Positions 13,320-27,588 of a stretch of 64,000 bases of DNA are shown here, piece by piece; the stretch's first letter is position 1, and each line of letters opens with the position of its first letter. The stretch comes from Octopus sinensis (taxonomy: Eukaryota). The stretch covers positions 14,012,001-14,076,000 of the forward strand of contig NC_043012.1 of NCBI RefSeq assembly GCF_006345805.1. The letters run 5' to 3'. The notes under the pieces are model-generated. The model saw only the letters and a program-made list of their open reading frames with translations, was not told the origin of the DNA and searched no databases. A program made the translations under genes and the position numbers.

Positions 13320-13864
13320 TCAATATTCACAGATACCATCGGATGAGTCGAAGAATTGGGTAGTGTGAAATTCTTCGAGTGACACGGGCGCTTCAAAAGC
13401 AGTAAAACGTTCCTGGAAGCCGATGAGCAATCTAGAAGACCTGCCACATGCATAAGCCCCGGAATTATGGTATTCGTCCCCCAGTGCTAGACTGTCAATC
13501 GAGAATTCTACCACCACCACGTTTTGAAGCATTTGAAGGAGGGCATTCAGCGAAAGTGACCGGATCTGTGGAGCGCAATGAGATGGCTTCTTCCCAACGA
13601 CAATGCACCATGTCACCGATCTCTTCTAGCTCGTGAGTTCTTCGTGAGTTCCATCACTTCCCCAAGACGAAACATGAGTGAATCGCAGAAGGTCCTCGAC
13701 TTGCTTATGGAAAACGACTTCCAGCCGGATTTCAAAACGTGGTAGGAACACTGGTACCAGTGTACTGCTGTGCAAGGTAACTATTTCGAAGGAGATGACG
13801 TTAAAACTCATGTTTTATTTTATTAAGCATAACTAGTCCTGGAATCTTTTTATACCACGTCATA
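13320..13864 (+). mobile_element. Internally deleted mariner-type transposon relic
   Basis: Remnant motifs FFEWHGRFK..LEADE..RRP (HTH), FVP..TVNREFY and NDNAPCHR. 3' TIR-like end ...CCTGGAATCTTTTTATACCACGTCATA. Confidence 0.75.
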
Positions 13865-15093
13865 CGCCAGGAGATATATAGAATACAGACACACTTGGAA
13901 GATAAGAAGTATAAATTAATCTAAGCGAAATAGTTATTCACTCAGAATGCACAGAAATTCACCAAGTAATCAATGCTATCGATTTATTCCTATATGATTT
14001 GAAGAAGTGAAATGGATTTCAAGAATAACTAACCTTTGCTGACATTCGATGTGGATCAATGCGAGTCCAGTAATTTTGTTTCCACCCTGGGAGGCACTGT
14101 TGCTACACGCAAGGATATCACGGATCCCACCCATAGAAAAACCTTTCGATTCGTTAGTATTGTCAATGACAGACACTTTCTCCTATCTCCCTCCCTTTCC
14201 TCTCTCCCCTATTCTCTCTCTCCCTCTCTCTATTTCTATCTATCTGTCTATCTCTGTGTCATTTCTATCACTATGATAACGGTTTTTGTTTTTCAGCGGT
14301 AGCTGCCCTCGTACCCTCTTCACTCAGGCATCCCCAGCAAACTCTATACTCCACCACTCTTCGTCTCTCCAACCCATCCGTACCCAATAGCCATTTGGGC
14401 CTGGCTTTCTTTTGCAGAAAAAAACTAACCTTCTGGAATCTTCAGCCTGTTCAGTATTGAGTTGCAATAATCTATATGGAACATTAAAGATGTAACATGT
14501 GTGTGTGTGTATTATGCTTATAGTATGCGTGTGTGTTTATATTAGCTAGAAGTGGACAAAACCAGTACAGTCAATCAGAGATAAACTAGTACAATACTGA
14601 ATTATTTTTCTATCGACATATCGACCTCTAATTTCTTTTGTACATTTTGCATTTCATAACATCAAAAATCTACGAAATGCGTCGAAGATCGATAGAGACG
14701 GCTAAAAACAGTTACCCCCAACATGATCAACGTTCAGTCACTGAAAGCAGTAGAACACGAATAAACAAGCGCTTGGAAAATACAAATATAATGAAATTTT
14801 TAATATTAATTAATGTGCCTCTGTGTGATTGTATGCGTGAGTGTATGCGTGTGTGTGTGTGAGAGAGTGTGTTCACGTATGTGTACGTTTCTTTTTCTCT
14901 CTCGCTCTTTTTCTCTCTCTCCATTTATTTCACCTCATCCCTTTCTGTCGGAGACGTTAGGCTCATAACGTGGAAAACTTATCCGTTATTTTTTTCCCCA
15001 GCGTGCACAACAAACATGTATGCGCAACGAATTAAAGGCACTTTGCCCTCCGAAGACGTCTTAACAAATTTGACAAACTTTTGCACTCTCATA

Positions 15094-16301
15094 CGACGAA
15101 CGTTCAATAAGTAATGCCTGTGACCTACTTGCAATTGTTTGATCTAGCTGAAATTTTGTGTGTGCAATTATTTATATCTCTATAAATTAAGTGGAAAATT
15201 ACAGCTCTGAAATAATTGTGGTTTCTGATTTACAGGTGTTTGAACTGAGTCAAGTGTGAAATGGAGCCTGTTGAGTGGCGAGCAGTGATCCGGTTTTTGT
15301 ATTTGAAAGGACGCACACCACGGAAGACTTTTGATGAAATGAAAGTAACTTATGGTGATGATGCCCCATCATATGACCTTGTAAAACCCTGGCATAGTGA
15401 ATTCAGACATGGTCGGAACTCTGTGGAAACAGCTCCCAGATCTGGTCACCCCCTTCTGCCATTGATGAGGCATCTGTCCGTCAAGTTGAGGCTGCCATTT
15501 TGGAAGATCGATGCATAACTATTCGCCAAATAGCCCATGAGGTCAAGATTAATACCGAGTCACACCTTTCCAGAAGCAAGAATGCGTCGAGTGCTCGAAG
15601 ATGAATTTGGAGATGTGCCAAGAAGAAGAGTCAAAATTTTTCAAAAGTCTGATTACACAGGATGAAACCTGGGTCCATCACTATGATCCATAGACCAAAG
15701 CCCAGTCAATGCAGTGGAAGCACCGTGACTCACCTCTTCCAAAGAAGGCAAGGGTGCAGCCCTCCGCTGGCAAGATCATGCTCACAGTCTTCTGGGACCA
15801 GGACGGAGTAGTGATGACAGATTTCCTGGCAAAGGGTACCACAATTACAGGAGCTTATTATGCTTCACTTTTGAGGAAATTAAGAGAAGCTATCAAAATC
15901 AAGAGGCGAGGCAAGATCAACAAAGGCATTCTCCTGCTGCAGGACAACGCTCCGGTCCACAACTCGCGTGTCGCCAGATCAGAAGCACAGGCATGCAGCT
16001 ATGAACTCCTCCCCTTGCACCCTCTGATTTTCACCTCTTCCCAGCCATGAAGTTGTTTTTGAAAGGAAAGCGTTTCCCAGATGATGCAGCCTTGATTTCT
16101 GAAGTCACGTCGTGGTTGGAGGGGCCTTCTACAAAAACGGGGCCTTCTACAAAAACGGTCTCCAGAGCTGCATCAAACGATGGGAGAAATGCGTAACTCT
16201 GGGTGGTTTTTATGTAGAAAAAGACTAATAACTGTGCCAAATTTCATTGCTCTACTGCTATGGGAAGTGGGCCAGGGGCATTACTTATTGAACGCCCCTC
16301 G
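15094..16301 (+). mobile_element. Near full-length mariner transposon with pseudogenised transposase
   Basis: TIRs CGACGAACGTTCAATAAGTAATGCC / GGCATTACTTATTGAACGCCCCTCG, flanked by TA on both sides. Motifs ITQDETWVHHY, KIMLTVFWD, LQDNAP, APSDFHLFP. Frameshifts, a stop, and an 18-bp internal tandem duplication near 16121-16158. Confidence 0.92.
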
Positions 16302-16439
16302 TACAAACAACATAGTTTAGCACTTTCTCTTGCCACGGGGTATATTTTGTGTGGGACTCAAGAGAGTGAAGGTTTTGAGCACACAGCTCCTCTTATATCT
16401 TAAAATAACCTTGCGATACAATATACAAAGTAAAGTCGT

Positions 16440-16569
16440 CACTAAAGTGGTTAAGGGTGCAAGTCAGCACCATGATTACTAGAAATAAGAGTCAAAACAA
16501 CTCTTAGTCACTACCTAAGGGTTGATTTCTCTCTTATTTCTAGCAAAGCTGGTGTTAGTCGCTTTAGTG
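16440..16569. other. ~130-nt long hairpin
   Basis: 16479-16507 pairs with 16515-16543 (3 mismatches, 7-nt loop). Outer stem 16440-16454 pairs with 16555-16569. Confidence 0.8.
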
Positions 16570-16699
16570 AGGATTATACCTATTGATTTTCATCTAGGAA
16601 GATTAATCTATTTCTGAAACAACAATAACAAATTTACTTCAGTCTCAGAGTTTATGAGTGTTCATTATTTAGGACTAATCAACCCAATATATATATATT

Positions 16700-16772
<73 letters not shown>

Positions 16773-18420
16773 TCCTTGGGTTGATAAGTCCCAAATATTG
16801 AACACTCATATATTATGAGATGAAGAAAAATTGTTATTGTCGTTTCAGATATAGATTAATCTTCCTAGATGAAAATCAATAAGTACTATTTTGGTAATCT
16901 CAAAGACATTTGATCTCTTATCAATTTCCAAGATGTAATCACGTCAATGGTTTACTCTAAGTTTCAATCTAATCGTTTAGGTTTTCTTTAAGTCACGCTA
17001 ACTCAGTTCCGAGTATAGGCGCTGTAAAGTTCAAGATGGAAAAACATTTTTTTATGATGGAATGATCTGTGTTCCTGTTTTCTGAGAGATAATTGTGCTG
17101 TCATAAAAAGGGTGGCTAAGGTGTAAACCTCTACTGATGAATTTATCTTGCCACAGTCTGTTTGCTTATGGAATACATTTATACACACAGACGAATGCGC
17201 GCTTACGGACGTACTCAAAACACACAACCAAAGATATATTAAAAGTATGTAGGAAAATAACTAGAAAGAGAGAAGAGAAGAAAAAATCTTCGGCAAATTC
17301 TAAAATATTTTGGAAGTATCCGGTAGAAATAGTAGGGTCGAAAATACCAGGCTGGAAGAGAGAAGGGAGAAAATACTAAAAATATTAAGCTCTATAAAAA
17401 AGATTTGATCAAATAAAAGGTTGGAACGGCAAGAAGCTGACTTGCAAACGATTAAATCTAATCCAGGCAAAAATGGACTTATGGTGGGGTCCAGTGTCTA
17501 CATATAAAACTTACTTCGTGTATACAGATGAGTGTATTATATTTCCGTCTTGTCATTAACATTACAACCTGTTTTCCATAACAACCTTAGTATTGTTCTT
17601 ATTCTCGTTTGCATTTTTTTCTTTTTGATGGGGTGAGGGTAGCATTCATTTATGGTCTCCCTTTTTTCATCAATGTTTCAACTGATCTTAAACATTGCGT
17701 CATTTTCTTTAAACTGCCATATGTAGCTTTCTGTCTTTGTCACGTTTCCTTTTCCAGTGTTTCAGAATAAAGATGTGTGAAAATCCTCGTTAAAACTTCG
17801 CTTGAAGGCTTCCTTGATCCTCGAAGGCTTCCTGATTAGCATCCATACGGTTTCACCACTCGCTTTCTAAATAATGGCCTCGTTGTTACATAATCTGCTT
17901 AGCAGCCATGCTAAATGACGATCCAACAGCAACACTTAGGTCCACTTAAGTGAGATCATATGTTTCGTGTTAGGTGTTCAACTACAGGTGATCTTAAATG
18001 TATACTTATAGAAGAATTTCCTCTGTTTGTTATCAGGTGAGATATGATTATATTTTAAATATAAAAGAATCTTACTGATATTAGATATAATGTTGAAAGA
18101 TAAGGGGTGAAGTGCGAACCAAATGACATCTACTGCACTTTCTTCCTCTGTCGGTATTCTGCTTGGTGTCTTGTGGAATCTCTTTCAGCCCAATCATTTC
18201 AATGGACTCCTTATAGAAAGGGCTACTCTATCGAATCTCATCAAGGATATCTTGACAGGATAACAGACTTCTTTTTCTTTTTACGCCTTTCAGAAGATTC
18301 TTATATAATGGAGGTTGTAACATGCTCTGACATTAATGTGCGTAAATTTCTACTTTTGTATCCTGAAATATTTAAAAATCAGCACTAAGGTACAGAAAAA
18401 AGAACTTTCTTTCTTAACAT

Positions 18421-18834
18421 AGGCGCAGGAGTGGCTGTGTGGTAAGTAGCTTGCTAACCAACCACATGGTTCTGGGTTCAGTCCCACTGCGTGGAATCTT
18501 GGGCAAGTGTCTTCTGCTATAGCCCCGGGCCGACCAATGCTTTGTGAGTGGATTTGGTAGACGGAAACTGAAAGAAGCCTGTCGTATATATGTATATATA
18601 TATGTATGTGTGTTTGTATGTCTGTGTTTGTCCCCCTAGCATTGCTAGACAACCGATTCTGGTGTGTTTACGTCCCCGTCACTTAGCGGTTCGGCAAAGG
18701 AGACCGATAGAATAAGTACTGGGCTTACAAAAAGAATAAGTCCCGGGGTCGAGTTGCTCGACTAAAGGCGGTGCTCCAGCATGGCCGCAGTCAAATGACT
18801 GAAACAAGTAAAAGAGTAAAAGAGTAAAAGAGTA
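18421..18834 (+). mobile_element. Full-length tRNA-derived SINE
   Basis: Head GGAGTGGCTGTGTGGTAAG...GGGTTCAGTCCC, internal (TA/TG)n, (AAAGAGT)n tail. Near-identical inverted copy at 57466-57870. Confidence 0.9.
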
Positions 18835-21006
18835 TATCTAAATATATCTTACTCTTTCGTTTTGTCATCCTTTTATTATGTTGTGGTGGGTGTTGAGTAA
18901 TTAATTGCATGTGTGCCTATACGTGTATTCCGAAAGCAAACAATGGAGTTAAGTTCCTCTCTAAAATAGGGGTGTGCTGTACGCTAGATCAACGTGACTC
19001 TGGATATAACTACCTCGTAAATGATAACTGGAACATTTTTTTTTTGCCACTTCAAATTTCCTCTAAGCATCTTGTGAGATGAGAGAGAAAGAATTTTCCA
19101 TGCAAACATAATGGGTGTTTTGTTGATTCTCATCATCCACGGCCATAATCATCTCAGAGCCTGATACGGTTCCAACTATTTTGTAGATTCGAATTCATAT
19201 TATCTTCCTATGCATTGAAGTATTTTTCTGAACCGCAAACGTGGTTAGGCGTCGCCATCCCCTTATAGATTCGCGCCATTTTCGCACAGTTTAGCATTGT
19301 ACGTCTTTGCGCAATATAAATTTATATTATAATCATCATCATTAACATCATTATCAGAACGTGTTGTAGTGACATTGTCGTTGACGATAGTGTTGTTAAC
19401 AACATTATCATAGTTATACTTATAATCACCAACGTATCGTATTTATTGTTGCTTTTTATTTTTATTGTTCTATTATCATACAGTTATTAATTACGTAACA
19501 GATATCGTTATTCTCTCTGGGAAGAGAAAAATTAATGAAGATTTAATTACATTAATTCTCAATTGAAATATATATTTACCATAACACATCAGACATTTGG
19601 TACAGACATTTAATTATATGGTGTCAACAAATGTATATGGTGCTCGATTTAAATCGAATTGCTTGCAGAAATTGATAAAGGACAAGAGAAGAAAAGCTTG
19701 GCGAAGATAAAGAAAGCGACAGTGTAATATATTTTCTGCTTTTAACTAATTCTTGAATGAAAATGTGATGAATGTAATCTATTATAAGACACCTTAAAAC
19801 TTTAGATATATCGAATATTAAAAATGTCAACAGCTTTGAAAAAGCATTAGAGTAGCCGAGTGTATAATTGCTTCATAATTCGAATTTTATACTTCAGTTA
19901 TGCAAATTCAATTACGTTATAAATTGTTCTGCAAAATGAGTGGGATATTATCTTAGAAATATTGACTAAGTAATCAACATTTAACTGGAACATTTCGTGA
20001 TAACATTTTCTAAGTATTGTAACTGAAATATCTGAAGAGGTCTAAGTGCTTCCGGCATATAAGATCAGAAATTTACATAGGTAATAACAATATATTTGCC
20101 TACTTTTCCCATAAATCTATTTTCTCTCTTTTCATTCTCTGGCAGTTTCTCTTCTACTTTCTCTGTTTTTGCTTTGCTTCTATCCCTTTCATTTATATCA
20201 AGTTCTTCGATTTATTCATCATTACGTCTATTTAACACCATTGCTTATTTAACACACATTTGCATTTTTCTCAATGACATTTAATCATATACGCATGTAC
20301 GTCATTAACACTATTCTTCCATATAGACAATATTTCTGTGCAAAGAACGACGTTCTGCAACACATAATAACGGATATTATATATTCTTTCACTCAAGTAA
20401 TAATTAATAAAAGAACAATACAGCAACCTACACTATCTCACACAAAATCTATTCAACTTCTTTCAGAAATCTTCTTTGAAACATTACCGCAATGTGAGAT
20501 ACTACAACTAGTTTATTATATTTGAAGCCACACAGAGACCAGAAGGCGAAGATACTTTTAAATCGTTTTTTCAAAATGGATATTTGCAATTTGTAACAAC
20601 CAAATATATTTTGAATGACGCGTCATTTTTTCGGTTGCATATATATTACGGTGTGTGCTTAAGAATAGTGTGGCCGACTGACTGTTTAAATATTTTTTCT
20701 TGGGAATCATGATGGCTCGGTTTCAATTACGCTAAACGGCATATTGGGAAAGCATAATTTTCCACAACCATGGATTGTTCCATTCCATGTGGATGGAACT
20801 GAGCTTATCTAAAATGAGTAGAATCCTGTTGTCTAGATCGTACCTGAGATATAAAATTCTACCTGTGTTACGTGGTTTAACGACTATTTCGCACGCGTAT
20901 TACAATAAGTAAACGCTTTCAGGTAAAATACTCTGCCACACGATATAAATTTAATTGCTAATTCACTGAGTCTGGTCGTAAATAGTTGAGGATTAAAGAG
21001 TTATGC

Positions 21007-21220
21007 AAGGCCGCGAGCTGACAAATCCGTTGAACAGCGGACAAAGTGCTCTGTAGCATTTCGTCTATCTATACGTTCTGAGTTCGAATTCCGCCGTGGT
21101 CAACTTGCCTTTCATTCTTTTGGGTCGGTAAAAAAGTACCAGTTGCACTCTAGAATCTATGAAATCTACCAGCTCCTTCACCCAAAATTCCAGTCCTTGT
21201 GCCGGTAATAAGAAAGGATT
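21007..21220 (+). mobile_element. tRNA-derived SINE (second family), degenerate
   Basis: B-box GAGTTCGAATTCC; homologous to 33073-33298 and 55805-56587. Confidence 0.7.
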
Positions 21221-21885
21221 TGAGTGTTGTGTCCATGTTTGTACGTTTTCTTTTGTTCTTATGACATATGTATTCATTCCACGCCCACTTTCTATCTCTC
21301 TCCATTTCTCTCTCCCTCTCTCTCTCTCTCTCTCTCATTTTCTCTGTGTCTCTCACTGCCTGTATGTGTGTGCTTAATCTCACGTATATCAGCGTGTTTG
21401 ACAATTCTATGTTATATAGCGTTTCCATAGGCCAAGGTTGACAATTAAGTGCATTTGTACGCGCAAGTCTGGGTAAGATATTTTCAGTCAGCTACCCATT
21501 CATGTTCCTTCTTCACGCTATTCCTGGTTATCGAAAGTAAACTCCGTCAAATTGGGGAGATAACATATCGTCGCTGACGTTTCTGCCACAACTCAAAGAG
21601 CCGGAACTCTTATTGGAAGGCTTCTTTCACGATCCTCTTCCATTCTCAATAATGAAACAGCATTCATTCGTATTTTGTAAGGAACCTGAATAGATGAATC
21701 AAAGGCTATGTTGTCCTCGGCTGGATTTGAACTCAGGTACTAGGAACAAATTCGGCGAATCATTATATTCGACGCTCCACTGATTTCGTTAATTAAACGT
21801 CATGGATCTAAATTGAATTAGAATGAATCTAAAGTTTCATCTGACATTACATAGAAATTCATCTGGCTTAAATATACGTATAATA

Positions 21886-23110
21886 CAGAGTGAGGCAGAG
21901 AGAACGTCCATTTTTTGAAATGGTTACTACTCAGCCTCAGTGGGAGGGACATATGTCCGACAGGCAACAATTCGGTCCGTGGCGTCTTAGAATTTTTTTT
22001 CTTTTCAGGTGAAGCCATGGCGTTGTGGACGATAGAGTATAGCGTGTTTGCCTACGATAGTTATGTGAAGAATAACGAGTCTATCACAGCAGTTCAGCGT
22101 GGGTTTCAGCAAAAACTTCAGCATTCACCGAAATCAGGCTATTCCCACCCGTAATACAGTCTTACGTTGGGTGAATGCGGTTCGTACACGAGGTACACTA
22201 ATGGGAGACTGGTGTGGGCGCCACGAACGGTATGGTCACTGGTAAATGTGGAACGCGTCAGACAAGCTTTGATACGTAGTCCGAATCACTGTGCTTGGAG
22301 GCATTCCACTGAACTTGGCATCTGTAGTCGATCGGTAAGGTGTACTTTGCATGAAGACATGCATCTTCCCCCTTACAAATTGGTCATTGAGCAACAGTTG
22401 AAACCATGTGACTATGTACAGTAGCTTAACTTTTCACATGAATGAGTGATGAAGCTCATTATTACTTCAATGGTATGGTGAATCAACAGAACTGTCGTTA
22501 TTGGGCTCTTGAAAATCCGAGAGAACTGCACGAAAGACCACTGCACAGCCCAAAAAGTGACGGTCTGGTGTGCTGATGGAAAAGCTACCGTCGTTGGCCC
22601 TTACCTTCTTGAAGACAATAGTGGAAATGTTATTACTGTGAACTCTGAACGTTACATATAGAGATGGTAAATAATTTCTGTGTGCCTGAATTACGACGAA
22701 AACATATGCCTAATGGACGTGTGTGGTTTCACCAGGATGGGGTGACGGCCCACATAGCCAGGGCATCAATGGACGTCCTTCCCGCTCTTTTCAGTGACCG
22801 CCTCGTTTCCAGGTTTTCTGATATTCCTTAACCTTCTCGGTCCTCTGATTTGTACATGTATGATTATTTCTTGTGTGGAAACCTCAAGGCACATGTGTAT
22901 GCGCATAACATTGGATGGTTTCGCGTGGAAATCACCCAGATCGACAAAGCAATGCTGTAGAATGTGGGGCGCCAACTTCCAAGAACACTTTCAGCAATGC
23001 ATCAATGAAAACTGACACCACATGATGGATATTGTTTTCCACACTTCATTTTCACAAATGGTCATTCAATACAAACACACCGATATCAATAAAATTTGTT
23101 TACACCTAAA
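21886..23110 (+). mobile_element. Tc1/mariner DD41D (rosa-like) transposon relic
   Basis: TA then CAGAGTGAGGCAG at the 5' end. Motifs MSDEAH, SPKVTVWC and HQDG...PSRSSDLYMYD, with 41 residues counted between D2 and D3. Stops and frameshifts; 3' TIR not seen. Confidence 0.85.
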
Positions 23111-24206
23111 CATTAATGATAATATATATATATATACATATATATGTGTGTGTGTGTGTGTGTGTATGTGTATACACATATATACATATATATGTACTTT
23201 ATATGTATATATGTATGTGTGTCTGTATATACATATACATAGATGTCAGCATATATGCATGTATGTATGAATTATCTTTTATACAATCATTTCCGGACTG
23301 AAAAGACTGATTACTTCAACAAGTTTCAATTACTTTCGGTATACTTTTTGGAGTTGAGTACCTTCCTATAACCGTTCACGGAGACTTCACATTTACAGCC
23401 TTTAGAATTAAGCACTTCACTTAATCGGAAATGTCGATTTATATAAACAACTAATAGTTAGTAAATATTTCTATTAGTAAATAACATAAGACTAAATCCA
23501 AGTTTTAACCGGTTCCGTGTGTGTCAACTAAACCGAATTAAATACACATATTGGCACTAAGATTTTCATGACATTCCAAGCATTGAAACCCGATGATATT
23601 GTGTAAGTGTTGTTGCTTAAAGCTGTGTCATGTATTTAATTCAGTCTAATAGTCACACATAGAACGGTTGAAAAACGTTGTTTTTCTTTTGTGTATATCA
23701 TATTGTAAAGACACATTAGTTAATTTAACGTGTTGTATTGCAAATATAATTAATATTTGCATTCTAGTGACATAATCTTTTATTCATGACTATCGTCAAT
23801 ATTATTCCAGTTATCCTAGCTATATGAATTCTCTTCTAGAAAGTCTCTCTATAAAGCACTAAACTTGAAATTCTAATTACTTCCTCTTTTTTATTAAAAC
23901 AATACAATATAAAAAGAACATCTTCAAAAAAATTTTCTGCCAAATGCTTTTTTAGAAATTTCCAACAAAATATTGTGAGACCCATCTTGATTTATTATTC
24001 ACTAATTAGCACTAAAGTGACATCCGTTTACATTTTCTAATGACGCTACTGGTCATTAAGAGGTTAAAAGGAATCCCTTTAAGGAATATAAACTTGTAAA
24101 CAGAAAATAAAATTTATCTCTGAACTATATATTGCCAAGGGATGTCTCTTCATTTGTGATAATGTTCCATAACATGAGCACATCAAGATATTTCTCATTA
24201 ACAGCA

Positions 24207-24216
24207 GATAATAATG

Positions 24217-24280
<64 letters not shown>

Positions 24281-24322
24281 TAATAATAATGATAGTAATA
24301 ATAATAATAATAACAATAATAA
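24207..24322. repeat. (AAT)n microsatellite
   Basis: Direct. Confidence 0.95.
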
Positions 24323-26740
24323 TATCCTTGAGACGTGTCATAACAAAGGCAGAAATCTCAGTTCCGCGTGGGTTTATTATTAAAAGGCCTTTGATAGAAT
24401 ACCACATACATGGGTCTTGAAATCGCTGGATATCTTCAAAATTTTTCCTGTAATTATCAACTTCCTGAAGCACACGTTAGTGTTGAATACAAATCTCTAA
24501 TTATACCAGACTAATGGAGTAGTTTCTTCAAAGAATATTAACATCAATTGTGGCATTTTTCAAGGTAACTCATTTTGACTTTTAATTTCTTGCATATCCA
24601 TAATAACCGCTTACAAGTAGACTTAACAGAAAAAGGTATGGATATAAAACTGACAAGAAAACAAGCCATCTATTTTATATGGATGACTTAAAAGTGAATA
24701 GCAAAGATAATAATGAGCTTGAAGGCATATTACGTAATGTGAAAGCATTCAGCAATGATATCGGGATAGAATTTCGTCTTAATAAATGTGCCAAAGTCAC
24801 TTTCCAGAAAGGGGAATTGAAGAATTTACATTCAGTGGAGTTAGATGTTGACACAGTTATAGAAGAGAACTCAAGCGGGAATAAACTTATAATTACCACG
24901 GAATAAATGAGGGCTCTAGTATTCAGCGTGCAAGCATGAGAGAGAAAATCAGAAGGGAATATTACAGGAGCGTTCGAGCAGTCCTAAAATCTTAGTTAAA
25001 TGCACGTAACTAGGTGTTAGAAACCAAGCCATCTATTGTACATGGATGGCTTAAAAGTCTATGACAAAGATAATAATGAGCTTGAAGGCATATTACGTAC
25101 GGTGAAAGCATTCAGGAATGATATCGGGATAGAATTTCGTCTTAATAAATATGCCATAGTCACTTTCCAGAAAGGGAACTTGAAAACCTCACATTCAGTT
25201 GTGTTAGCTGTTGATACAGTTATAGAAAAGCTTAAACAAGAACAAGCTTACAAATATCTCGGAATGGATGAGGGCTCCGGAATTCAGTGTGCAAGTATGA
25301 AATAGAAAAGCAGAAAGGAATGTTACAGGAGTGTTCGAGCAGTCCTAAAATCTGAGTTAAATGCACTTAACCAGGTATTAGCCATAAACTCCTTAGCAGT
25401 TCCAGTTTTTATTTATCGTTTCAATGTGTTGAACTGCAATATCAGCGAAATAAGGATTGACAGGAAAGTCCGTAAACTGCTAACTTGCAATAAGATGCAC
25501 CACCCCAGAGTCCAAGGATGTCGAAGCTTGATTCAATCTGAAATGTTTTACAAAACCACCTCAACTGAACTGGTCAAATATTCTCAAAATCTAACGACAA
25601 GATACTAAAACTCATTGAGAACCACAAGGATCGATGGAAGCTTCATTCTGTCAAGAGGAGAGTAATAAATTCGCTAGTGAGTTCATGCATAATACCTAAG
25701 TTTAACAGCGTTGGTGGAAGTACCCCAAATGTTGTTGCAAGGAAGGTGAAATCAATGACAAAGGGGGAAAAAACGTTTGGACGATTGTCTGGTAAGTACA
25801 AACAAAATACCTGCATGGCCCGTAGCAAACAAGCTGATGTAAACCAGAAGCACATCCACCAATAGCTTCGGAGATCAAGGCTAAAGACAGAGAGCGAAGG
25901 CTCTAACTTAGCTGCTCATGATCAGAGTTCATTGGCCTCTAACTACCAAGCCTATGTGATTAAAAATGGAGAAGACCCAAAGCGACAGTAATGCAACGAT
26001 GAGATTGAAACAGTAGCCACCTCATCTCTGGGTATAAAGGTTTAGTACCAATAGAGTATAAATCATGACATTGCAGAGTTGGCCAATATCTACACTGGTT
26101 AATATGGTGGCATTATATAACCAAATCTGGTGATACCACCCTAAGTCGTAACTGAGGGAAAAATGTAATGATTCTTTGCGACTTACCAGTACATACAGAT
26201 TGAACTATCAAAGCTAAACCAGATATTGTTGTGAAAGACCAAAACAATAAAGTCTGTTTATTGATTGACATGAATATACCTTGCGATGACAATATCCTGA
26301 CAAAAGCTCAGAAAATACAAAGATTTGCTGTTTGAAGTCGGAAAAGTTTTGCATAGCAAGGAGGTTACAATACTAGTGATTGTAGGAGTACTTGGAACGA
26401 TCATAAAAGGAACTAAAACTTATTTGAGGGTGGCCTCTGGTTTACCATCCATGCAAGAAGTGAAAAAGATAGTTTTGACTAGCACATCACATGTATTGAA
26501 AAGAGCATCGTCACTGTAGATTTTCCCTTTCCCCGTTTATTTTCTTTCTTTTCATTGTTTTCATTTTCTTCCATATTTTTGTTTTCTTCTTTCCTTTTTC
26601 TTTCTTTCTTCTTATTCTGTCACATTACTTTGCAAATGAACAATCTGATGTGTTTATTTTACTGACAGACCAATGTATACAGTAAGTTTATTTGTCCTAG
26701 GTGTTGGGAAGTCTCTCGGCAAGAAATGGAAACAAAATTG
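24323..26740 (+). mobile_element. 5'-truncated, degenerate R4/Dong-like LINE (RT + RLE)
   Basis: KAFDRIPHTW, GIFQG, FYMDDLK, YKYLG, then KPDIVV and the C-terminus ...TSHVLKRASSL. Ends in (AAT)n. Confidence 0.85.
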
Positions 26741-26763
26741 AATAATAATAACAATAATAATAA

Positions 26764-27581
26764 ACGCAAAAGAAATAGACAAAGAAAAATCCCAGCAATG
26801 GTTGAGAAGCTCAGGACTCAAAGCAGAAACAGAGGGATTTTTAATTGCAGCACAAGACCAAAGCCTCCCCACCAGAAATTACCAAAAACATGTAATGAAA
26901 AGAAATATTACAAGTAACTGCAGAATATGTGGAGATGGACAAGAAACAATAAATCATATTATCTCTAGCTGCCCAGTCTTGGCTAAGAAGGAATATATTC
27001 ACAGACATGACAGAGTTGGAACCTACATACATTGGAAGCTATGCCAACATTATGGAATAACAACAGAAAAAAGATGGTATAGGCACACACCAGAAAAGGT
27101 CACAGAAAACGAGAAAGCAACCATACTCTGGGATATGCCGATACTCACAGATAGAGAAATTAAGACCAACAGACCAGATATAGTTGTCAGAGATCATGAA
27201 GAAAAAATGCTTTCTAATTGATGTATCAATACCGGCTGATGACACGTGTCTCTAAAAGAAATGGAGAAACTCTCAAAATACAAAGACCTGGAATAGAGGT
27301 AACCAGAATGTGGAATCTAAAAACAGAAACAATTCCTATCATAATAGGTGCATTAGGCATGATAAAAAAATATTCAGACAAATACATAACAAAAACACCA
27401 GGACTTACAAACACATATAACATACAGAAAATTGCACTACTAGGCACTGCACACATCCTACGCAGAACACTTTCCATACAATAACCATCAGAGCATCACA
27501 ACAAATCACAGCACATACCCAAGGCACACAGAGCTGTGCTCGGTAGTGAAGTGAAAGCACGCTATAAAAATAAAACTACTG
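26764..27581 (+). mobile_element. 5'-truncated R4/Dong-like LINE 3' end (CCHC knuckle + restriction-like endonuclease)
   Basis: ORF 26802-27221: CRICGDGQETINHIISSC, RHD, RPDIVV. The C-terminus is frameshifted into 27218-27484. (AAT)n on both sides. Confidence 0.9.
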
Positions 27582-27588
27582 AATAATG

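Noticed and set aside
13976-14450. Possible exons (TACTAAC branch-like site, tttttcag acceptor, short open frames)
   Set aside because: No recognisable protein, no consistent acceptor-donor pair and no neighbouring exons; cannot be supported without RNA data.
17700-18390. Protein-like short frames on the minus strand
   Set aside because: All frames are interrupted by stops and show no known motif.
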